In this document: piece by piece, positions 54,787 through 64,000 of the stretch
Layout of the letters: the number at the start of each line of letters is the position of its first letter
Numbering within the stretch: the stretch's first letter is position 1
Assembly (NCBI GenBank): GCA_002269645.1
Contig: NIVC01000445.1
Coordinates: 372,001 to 436,000 of the forward strand
Direction: 5' to 3'
Length of the DNA stretch: 64,000 bases
DNA from: Macrostomum lignano
Taxonomy: Eukaryota
Program-made: the position numbers and the translations under genes
Notes under the pieces: model-generated
Database searches by the model: none
Told to the model about the DNA's origin: nothing
What the model saw: only the letters and a program-made list of their open reading frames with translations

Positions 54787-56882
54787 TCACTCATCCGAAA
54801 TCTGCATTTTTGAGGTGGCCCTGTCAACCATCATAAGCTTCTTGAGCTCGCCATCGCCTCTACCGTCTGCAGCTTCGTCATCGGCGACTTCGTTGACTCC
54901 GGCCGACTTGCCGAATACTTTCAACTGCCGGTGGAAGCACAGCTCGTAAACCAGCGAGCCCAGCGCGCAGCCCAGATAGGGCCCGACTAGCGGCGCCCAG
55001 AAGGCGCGCGGCCCGACGGCCGGCAGGAGCGGCAGGCCGTAGCCAGCGGCCAGGCTGGCGAACAGGCGAGGCGCAAAGTCCCTGGCCGGGTTGAGGGTGC
55101 AGCCGGACACGGGCAGGGTGCACTGCAGCAGGCAGGTGGCCGACAGGCCGACCAGCAGCGGCTGCAGACCGGTGGCCGGATTTGCGTTGGCGCCGTCGGT
55201 CACGGCGCGAACGGCCAGCATGAAGGCGGCGGAGGTGAACAGCTGATTGGCCAGAACAATGGACAGACTGGCACTCGGGTGCGGCAGAGTGACAAACACT
55301 CCGGCGGTGCCGTTGGCGCCGAAAGCGACACGGCGGCCGCCGTCAATGGCGTCCAGCATCGGGGCGTAGAATGTGTACACTGCGCCAGCGCCAGCGAACG
55401 CGCCAAGGTATTGGGCGGCCTATCGACGAAATATTAGAGTGCAGTACAACCGGCGACAGTAGAACAGGAAAGACATCCGGTAGAACAGGTGAGAAATTCA
55501 GTAAAACAGGTGAGACACTCAGTTGAACTGTTGAGACATTCAGTAGAACCGGTGACACCCGGTAGAACAGGTGAGACAACCGGTAGAACAGGTAAGACAC
55601 CCGGTAGAACAGGTGAGACACTCAGTAGAACAGGTTGGACATTGAGTAGAACAGGTGAGACGTTGAGTAGAACCGGTGAGACATTCAGTAGAACAGGTGA
55701 GACACTCAGCGGAACTGGTGAGACACTCAGTAGAACAGGTGAGACACTCAGCGGAACTGGTGAGACACTCAGTAGAACAGGTGAGACACTCAGTAGAACA
55801 GGTGAGACACTCAGTAGAACAGGTAAGACACTCATTAGAACAGGTGAGACACTCAGTAGAACAGGTGAGACACTCAGTAGAACAGGTAAGACACTCAGTA
55901 GAATAGGTGAGACACTCAGTAGAACAGGTGAGACACTCAGTAGAACAGGTGAGACACTCAGTAGAACAGGTGAGACACTCAGGAAGACACTCAGTAGAAC
56001 AGGTAAGACACTCAGTAGAACAGGTGAGACACTCAGTAGAACAGGTGAGACACTCAGTAGAACAGGTGAGACACTCAGTAGAACAGGTAAGACACTCAGT
56101 AAGACACTCAGTAGAACAGGTGACACTCAGTATAACAGGTAAGACACTCAGTAGAACAGGTGAGACACTCAGTAGAACAGGTAAGACACTCATTAGAACA
56201 GGTGAGACACTCAGTAGAACAGGTAAGACACTCAGTAGAACAGGTGAGACACTCAGTATAACAGGTAAGACACTCAGTAGAACAGGTGAGACACTCAGTA
56301 GAACAGGTAAGACACTCATTAGAACAGGTGAGACACTCAGTAGAACAGGTAAGACACTCAGTAGAACAGGTGAGACACTCAGTAGAACAGGTGAGACACT
56401 TAGTAGAACAGGTAAGACACTCAGTAGAACAGGTGAGACACCCAGTAAAACCGGTAATCTAACGGTACTAAAGACAGTCAGCACATTTTCAGTGCTAGCT
56501 CTAAACCAGAAGTTTCAAGGAATTCTACAGACTGACGCATTTCGCCGGTAGAACCCACCTGATAGACCAGGAAGTCCAGCAGGGTCATCCGGCCCACGGC
56601 CAGCAAAGCCAGCGACACGGCCGGATTGACGTGGCCGCCAGACACGCCGAAGCTGGCGTACACAGCCAACGCCAGCGCCAGGCCGGACCCGATGGTGGCC
56701 ATCAAGACGGAGGCGTCCTCTGCCCCGCCGCCTGAACTGCTGCTGGAGTGCCGCGAGACCAGGCAGTTGGCTGAGGCGGACAGGCACAGGGACACCAGCA
56801 AGAAGGTGGCGGCCAGTTCGGCCAAGGCTACCCGGCAAAGCCGGCTGCCAATTCGAAGGCGATCAAAAACTGGCATGGCCAT
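54787..56882 (-). CDS. Aquaglyceroporin (AQP3/7/9/10-like MIP channel), 2 exons, ~318 aa
   Basis: Exon 1 56559-56882 (ATG at 56882; the track start 56915 is GTG): AELAATFLLV, SGGHVNPAVS. Phase-0 join FLVYQ|AAQYLGAF to exon 2 54787-55419: GTAGVFVTLP, GCTLNPARDFAPR, FWAPLVGPYLG. The NPARD signature indicates the glyceroporin grade. Confidence 0.92.
55470..56450. repeat. 21-bp minisatellite (gtagaacaggtgagacactca) filling the aquaporin intron
   Basis: Direct reading. Confidence 0.96.
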
Positions 56883-56947
56883 TTTTTCTGCTTTGTCTTC
56901 AGCTAAAGGCGCCACTCTCCACTGTTTGCTTTTGCGTTCCGGCCAGC

Positions 56948-56954
56948 TTAAATA
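56948..56954 (-). promoter_or_regulatory. Candidate TATA-like box (TATTTAA) of the aquaporin gene
   Basis: ~65 nt upstream of the ATG on the minus strand; unproven. Confidence 0.3.
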
Positions 56955-57306
56955 GCCGGTGGTAATTAGTTGGATTGCTCAGTGATTTGCGCGCATGACT
57001 TGCTTGCGAGATTTTTTATGACCACTGACTGTTAGGCGAGCACAGGAAAAATGAGTTGTTTTGTTAATTTATGCAACCAGTGTTCCCCCCCCCCCGAGAG
57101 ATTGCTCGACACCCGAGAGCATTTATTGCGATCCAGTTTGGAGAGAGAGAGAAAGAGTACACGGCGCACGATATTTTGTTTAAATGGTTCGGATTGCGTA
57201 ATTCAGTTATTACTTTTTTACACGACCTCCCAACACCGGCGCAGACCGGTACGGTATATATTTATAAATAATTACAATTAGAAAAAAAAGCAAATCAGAG
57301 TTCAAT

Positions 57307-58254
57307 TTAAGCTTTCTTCTGCTTGTCCTTGCGACAGTCCGGGCAGTACCATTTGCCTTTGGGCTCAGAGGTGAGCTTCACGCAGCGGAAATGGAACCAC
57401 TCGATGGCGCAGCGGGCATTGTCGCAGGCGATCATCTCGCCGAATGAGACTTTGTTGCAGATGCAGTAGCGTCGGGACTCCTCATTAGTTGATCCGCCTT
57501 GCTGCTGCTGTTGCTGGCTCTTTGACGCCTTCTGCTGCGACTGCTGCTGCTGGCGCTTCTTCGGTGCGCTGGCTGGCGTCTGCTGCTGCTGCTGACGGAC
57601 TCGCCGACGCTTCGACGATGTCGCCGCAGTTGCCGTTGCTGCCGCCGCGCCGCCACCGACTGAAGTCAGCAGATCCCGACTACTGCTACTGGCATTTGAA
57701 GATGCCGCTTCATCTTTGTCGGATGCTGCGGCAGCGGCGGCTGCCGAGCGTCGTCTCTCACCGGCCGAGGCTCGCTTCTGATGATGCTGGCGCCGCTGCT
57801 GCTGCTGTGTCGACGAGGCCGGACTGGCAGCCCTCGCCGCGGCGGCCGCAGCTTCAATCCTAGCCAGCAGGTTTCTCTTGCCATCATCCAGCCGAGTGCG
57901 GCGGCCGTCGAGCAGCTCCTGGACGAGGCCGGCTAGGCGCATCTTCTCCTCGCCGAGCTCCTGTAGCCGCGCTACGGCGCGCTGCACTGAGACGCCGACA
58001 GCAGCTGACGACTCTGACGAATTCAAAGAAGCTGCTAGACGTTCTAAATCGGCCACCGAGGCGTGGCAGCGAGCGTCGAGCTCTCGGTACTGGGATAGGC
58101 AGGCCTGCAGATCGCCTGGCAGCGATTCGCAACAGTCCAGCACGTCCTCCAGGTAGGTGACCAGCAGGTGCCACTCAGGTGAGCCCGTCTCGAGGCCCCC
58201 GATTGCTGCCGAGGTCAGGGCGGTCGCGCCGTCGCGGTCTGCCACAGTCGCCGA
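57307..58254 (-). CDS. ING1/2: Inhibitor of growth (ING1/2-like) PHD-finger protein, main exon; start codon must be spliced on
   Basis: N-terminal ING domain [18 protein letters not shown]...RELD, EEKMRLA; [20 protein letters not shown]...IEWFHFRCV...[10 protein letters not shown]. Acceptor ctcctgtcactccgcag|TCG at 58254; in-frame TGA at 58297-58299 with no ATG in between. Confidence 0.92.
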   Translation of the reverse strand, partial: SATVADRDGATALTSAAIGGLETGSPEWHLLVTYLEDVLDCCESLPGDLQACLSQYRELDARCHASVADLERLAASLNSSESSAAVGVSVQRAVARLQELGEEKMRLAGLVQELLDGRRTRLDDGKRNLLARIEAAAAAARAASPASSTQQQQRRQHHQKRASAGERRRSAAAAAAASDKDEAASSNASSSSRDLLTSVGGGAAAATATAATSSKRRRVRQQQQQTPASAPKKRQQQQSQQKASKSQQQQQQGGSTNEESRRYCICNKVSFGEMIACDNARCAIEWFHFRCVKLTSEPKGKWYCPDCRKDKQKKA

Positions 58255-58314
58255 CTGCGGAGTGACAGGAGATACACGAAATCCTGAACAGTCAGGTCAG
58301 GGAACTTTTGAGCC

Positions 58315-59440
58315 TCCTATCCTTTATCCTTGATATCTCATCCTTTATCCTCAATATCCCATCCTTTATCCTCAATATCCCATCCTTTATCCTTAATATC
58401 CCATTCCTTATCCTCAATATCTCCTTTTTTATCCTAAATATCCCATCCTTTATCCTCAATATCTCATCCTTTATCCTCAATATCTCATCCTTTATCCTCA
58501 ATATCCCATCCTTTATCCTCAATATCCCATCCTTTATCCTTAATATCCCATTCCTTATCCTCAATATCTCCTTTTTTATCCTAAATATCCCATCCTTTAT
58601 CCTCAATATCTCATCCTTTATCCTCAATATCCCATCCTTTATCCTCGATATCCCATCCTGTATTCTTAATATCCCATCCTGTATTCTCAATATCCCATCC
58701 TTTATCCTCAATATCCCATTCTTTATCCTAAATATCCCATCCTTTATCCTCAATATCCCATCCTTTATCCTCAATATCCCATCCTTTATCCTCAATATCC
58801 CATCCTTTATCCTCAATATTCCATCCTGTATTCTCAATATCCCATCCTTTATCCTCAATATCTCATCCTTTATCCTCAATATCTCATCCTTTATCCTCAA
58901 TATCCCATCCTTTATCCTCGATATCCCATCCTGTATTCTTAATATCCCATCCTGTATTCTCAATATCCCATCCTGTATTCTCAATATCCCATCCTTTATT
59001 CTCAATATCCCATCCTGTATTCTCAATATCCCATCCTTTATCCTCAATATCCCATCCTTTATCCTCGATATCCCATCCTGTATTCTCAATATCCCATCCT
59101 TTATCCTCAATATCCCATCCTTTATCCTCAATATCCCATCCTTTATCCTCAATATCCCATCCTTTATCCTAAATATCCCATCCTTTATCCTCAATATCCC
59201 ATCCTTCCTTTATCCTAAATATCCCATCCTTTATCCTCAATATCCCATCCTTTATCCTCAATATCCCATCCTTTATCCTAAATATCCCATCCTTTATCCT
59301 CAATATCCCATCCTTTATCCTCAATATCCCATCCTTTATCCTAAATATCCCATCCTTTATCCTCAATATCCCATCCTTTATCCTAAATATCCCATCCTTT
59401 ATCCTCAATATCCCATCCTTTATTCCCAATATCCCATCTT
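58315..59440. repeat. 21-bp minisatellite (atcctttatcctcaatatccc) upstream of the ING main exon
   Basis: Direct reading. Confidence 0.96.
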
Positions 59441-60002
59441 AAGTCCTCTACAGTCAACTCTACATCTACATGAAAATATACAAAAGATAAATAATGAAAA
59501 TTTTGCAGAATCGTAAGTGGAGGGAAGTCAAAAAAAGGTGGGACCAATTCAAAACCTTTAAATCTGACAACTCAACATTACGAAGTTTGTCACAGAATGT
59601 GTTCGGGGAGCATTTGAGTCAAGCACTAACCTGGCTAGGCAGACAATAGCATATAAAAAATGAAAGTATCAGACAATAAAGAAAGAAAGTCAATAAAAAG
59701 CGTACAGCGGATTTCAGTAGTGCTAGTAGCGTTTTGCGAGAGAAAAGTTTTCATTAATTTCTGAATTTAAGTTCATTTGCAAAAAGGCATAAAAACATGT
59801 TACGAATACGAAAGAATCACGTTTCACCTTAGCTGAATATTTGTAAAACTGAAGCCCACTGCTCACCTCATCTCGATTCTGACGATTTTAACATAAAATT
59901 TCAACATTCAGGTACCTGGATTTCTAACTAAAATCGAAATTTTAATGTCTATTAAGTTTTTACGAGTTTAAACTAACGACAGAGGTTTCACAAGTTCCTA
60001 AG

Positions 60003-60960
60003 AACCATCAAGGACTCCCCCTATTCACTCAAAACCATCATGGACTCCCCCTATTCACTCAAAACCATCATAGACTCTCCCTATTCACTCAAAACCATCA
60101 TGGACTCTCCCTATTCACTCAAAACCATCATAGACTCTCCCTATTCACTCAAAACCATCATGGACTCTCCCTATTCACTCAAAACCATCATAGACTCTCC
60201 CTATTCACTCAAAACCATCATGGACTCTCCCTATTCACTCAAAACCATCATGGACTCTCCCTATTCACTCAAAACCATCATGGACTCTTCCTATTCACTC
60301 AAAACCATAATTGATTCCCTATTCACTCAAAACCATAATTGATTCCCTATTCACTCAAAACCATAATTTGATTCCCTATTCACTCAAAACCATAATTGAT
60401 TCCCTATTCACTCAAAACCATAATTGATTCCCTATTCACTCAAAACCATAATTTGATTCCCTATTCACTCAAAACCATAATTGATTCCCTATTCACTCAA
60501 AACCATAATTGATTCCCTATTCACTCAAAACCATAATTGATTCCCTATTCACTGAAAACCATAATTTGATTCCCTATTCACTCAAAACCATAATTGATTC
60601 CCTATTCACTCAAAACCATAATTGATTCCCTATTCACTGAAAACCATAATTTGATTCCCTATTCACTCAAAACCATAATTGATTCCCTATTCACTCAAAA
60701 CCATAATTGATTCCCTATTCACTCAAAACCATAATTTGATTCCCTACTCACTGAAAACCATAATTGATTCCCTATTCACTCAAAACCATAATTGATTCCC
60801 TATTCACTCAAAACCATAATTGATTCCCTATTCACTGAAAACCATAATTTGATTCCCTATTCACTCAAAACCATAATTGATTCCCTATTCACTCAAAACC
60901 ATAATTTGATTCCCTATTCACTCAAAACCATAATTTGATTCCCTATTCACTCTAAACCAT
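60003..60960. repeat. 30-bp unit (aaaaccatcatggactctccctattcactc) switching at ~60300 to a related 28/29-bp unit (aaaaccataattgattccctattcactc)
   Basis: Direct reading; begins ~20 nt downstream of the ARMC6 stop. Confidence 0.95.
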
Positions 60961-60981
60961 CATGAGCCTGTCTCAACGCTG

Positions 60982-62817
60982 TCACTCGCCCCTAGGTAGT
61001 TGGCCATTTTTCCCGGTCCAGAGCATTGGCTCAAATTTGACATCGCAGCCCATCGCCAGCAGAGCCGCTTTGGCCTCGTCTTTGCAGACGGCAAGCAGGC
61101 CGTTCATCAGCGACTCCATGCCGTGCGTCAGCAGCGCGGGCCGAACCAGGCCGCCAGAATCCGCTGAGTCGTCGCGAGCGGCCACATTGCGAACGCACAG
61201 GCAGAGCTGGCGCATCAGGGCGGAGTCTGGCCGGTGAAGAGCGGCCAGCAGGGACAGCAGCGCCGGACCGGGCAGCTCGGCGGCAAATCGGCGGGCCGTG
61301 GCCGGCTGACGGAGGCACAGGTTGGCGGCCAGGCCCAGGAACTGGTGCGCCACCGGGGCCTGCTTGGCGAATCTGCGCAATTTTGGGGCGGATAACTGGG
61401 GACTGAATGGGGCGGATAACTGGGGACTGAATGGGGCAGATAACTGGGGAGTGAATGGGGCAGATAACTGGGGTGAATGGGCGGATAACTGGGGAGTGAA
61501 TGGGCGGATAACTGGGGAGTGAATGGGGCGGATAACTGGGGACTGAATGGGGCGGATAACTGGTGACTGAATGGGGCGGATAACTGGGGACTGAATGGGG
61601 CGGATAACTGGTGACTGAATGGGGCGGATAACTGGGGAGTGAATGGGGCGGATAACTGGTGACTGAATGGGGCGGATAACTGGGGAGTGAATGGGGCAGA
61701 TAACTGGGGTGAATGAGCGGATAACTGGGGAGTGAATGGGGCAGATAACTGGGGAGTGAATGGGGCAGATAACTAGGGTGAATGGGCGGATAACTGGGGA
61801 GTGAATAGGGCGGATAACTGGTGACTGAATGGGGCGGATAACTGGGGAGTGAATGGGGCAGATAACTAGGGTGAATGGGCGGATAACTGGGGAGTGAATA
61901 GGGCGGATAACTGGTGACTGAATGGGGCGGATAACTGGCGAGTGAATGGGGCAGATAACTGGGGTGAATGGGCGGATAACTGGGGAGTGAATGGGGCAGA
62001 TAACTGGGGAGTGAATGGGGCAGATAACTAGGGTGAATGGGCGGATAACTGGGGAGTGAATAGGGCGGATAACTGGTGACTGAATGGGGCGGATAACTGG
62101 CGAGTGAATGGGGCAGATAACTGGGGTGAATGGGCGGATAACTGGGGAGTGAATGGGGCAGATAACTGGGGAGTGAATGGGGCAGATAACTGGAGACTGA
62201 ATAGGGCGGATAACTGGGGAGTGAATGGGGCAGATAACTGGGGACCGAATGGCGCGGATAACTGGGGGTAAAGGGGGCGGAAAACTGGGGGGTGAAGGGG
62301 GCGGAAAACTGGGGGTTGAAGGGGGCGGAAAACTGGGGGTGAAGGGGCGGAAAACTGGGGTGAAGGGGCGGAAACTGGGGGTGAAGGGGCGGAAAACTGG
62401 GGGTGAAGGGGGCGGAAACTGGGGGTGAAGGGGGCGGAAAACTGGAGGACTCAAAAGCTGGAGGGCTACCAGCTGCAGTAGAACTCACTTGGTAGCCACA
62501 TCCAGCAGCACGGGCAGGTGCTCAGCGGCCGCCCGTTTAACGTGATCGTTGCGGGCCAGATTGCGCAATAATCCCATGCCGGAGGCGGCCAGCTGAGGCT
62601 CCTGGCTGTGCGCGTAAATTGCGCCAACAATGAAATCGCAGGCGCCCAGTTCTAAAGCTCGCTGACAGAATTCGTCGCGCACGGCCAGACAGGCTAAGGT
62701 GTCAAACACTCGGGCCACTGTGCGGGCCGACTCTGGCCGATTGTAGCGGCGGCACAGGCGCAGTAGTAGGGCGAGAGCCGGGGTCTCCGACATCACTTGG
62801 CGAGCTCGTTCGTGAGC
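60982..62817 (-). CDS. ARMC6: Armadillo repeat-containing protein 6, last two exons (5' part beyond the right edge)
   Basis: Exon 62489-62817 ([11 protein letters not shown]...LAVRDEFCQ...LARNDHVK) and exon 60982-61372 (FAKQ...LCLRQP...[12 protein letters not shown]...[25 protein letters not shown]) join at phase 2. Motifs match recalled ARMC6 LAIRNEFCQ, IAGNDDVK, AKAALRDLGC, LWTG. Confidence 0.88.
61383..62450. repeat. G-rich ~24-bp minisatellite (ggggcggataactggggagtgaat) grading into gggggcggaaaactgggggtgaa, filling an ARMC6 intron
   Basis: Direct reading. Confidence 0.95.
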
Positions 62818-62872
62818 CTGGCCAGAGCATTGGTTAGTGGTATAAGTTTACCCATTGGATCACTGAACCCTA

Positions 62873-64000
62873 ACCAATGATCACTGAGCCCTAACCAATG
62901 ATCACTGAGCCCTAACCAATGATCACTGAGCCCTAACCAATGATCACTGAGCCCTAACCAATGATCACTGAGCCCTAACCAATGATCACTGAGCCCTAAC
63001 CAATGATCACTGAGCCCTAACCAATGATCACTGAGCCCTAACCAATGATCACTGAGCCCTAACCAATGATCACTGATCCCCACTCAATAATCACGCAGAC
63101 CTACTCAATAATCACACAAAACTACTCAATAATCACACAAACCTACTCAATAATCACACAAAACTACTCAATAATCACACAAAACTACTCAATAATCACA
63201 CAAACCTACTCAATAATCACACAAACCTACTCAATAATCACACAAAACTACTCAATAATCACACAAACCTACTCAATAATCACACAAAACTACTCAATAA
63301 TCACACAAACCTACTCAATAATCAAACAAACCTACTCAATAATCACACAAACCTACTCAATAATCACACAAACCTACTCAATAATCACACAAACCTACTC
63401 AATAATCACACAAAACTACTCAATAATCACACAAACCTACTCAATAATCACACAAACCTACTCAATAATCACACAAACCTACTCAATAATCACACAAAAC
63501 TACTCAATAATCACACAAACCTACTCAATAATCACACAAAACTACTCAATAATCACACAAACCTACTCAATAATCAAACAAGCCTACTCAATAATCACAT
63601 CAACCTACTCAATAATCACATCAACCTACTCAATAATCACATCAACCTACTCAATAATCACATCAACCTACTCAATAATCACACAAACCTACTCAATAAT
63701 CACACAAAACTACTCAATAATCACACAAAACTACTCAATAATCACACAAACCTACTCAATAATCACACAAACCTACTCAATAATCACACAAAACTACTCA
63801 ATAATCACACAAACCTACTCAATAATCACACAAACCTACTCAATAATCACACAAACCTACTCAATAATCACACAAAACTACTCAATAATCACACAAACCT
63901 ACTCAATAATCACACAAAACTACTCAATAATCACACAAACCTACTCAATAATCAAACAAGCCTACTCAATAATCACATCAACCTACTCAATAATCACATC
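62873..64000. repeat. Two adjacent 21-bp arrays (tgatcactgagccctaaccaa to ~63078; ctcaataatcacacaaaccta to the window end) in the preceding ARMC6 intron
   Basis: Direct reading. Confidence 0.95.

Noticed and set aside
62873-63078. Telomeric hexamer CCCTAA in the 21-bp unit
   Set aside because: One hexamer per unit, not a (TTAGGG)n tract; no evidence of an interstitial telomere.

Overview
Eukaryotic, intron-containing, very minisatellite-rich DNA; no prokaryotic features. GC-rich low-complexity exons and a different 14-51 bp tandem array in many introns and intergenic gaps suggest a free-living flatworm such as Macrostomum (inference, not verified). Genes reconstructed by hand with GT-AG boundaries and frame checks: two tandem TMEM145 paralogs (minus), an intronless divergent rhodopsin-type GPCR (plus), Six3/6 (minus, 2 exons), an intronless heparan sulfate 3-O-sulfotransferase (plus), and a co-oriented minus-strand run of ARMC6 (partial), ING1/2, an aquaglyceroporin and a 3-exon globin. 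Mobile DNA: a 5'-truncated RT-RNase H LINE in a TMEM145 intron, a tRNA/CORE-like SINE, and two related MITE-like elements carrying a 25-bp minisatellite. Tandem repeats cover roughly 35-40% of the window (rough hand tally). Best leads: (1) the ING exon has no start codon and needs either a 4-nt microexon or a spliced-leader AUG; (2) the LINE target-site duplication appears to have grown into two separate minisatellite arrays; (3) a dispersed ATTTT(G/A)GCGCC-core minisatellite family is partly carried by a TIR element; (4) tandem AG|GTGAGA splice-site repeats lie just inside the Six3/6 intron.
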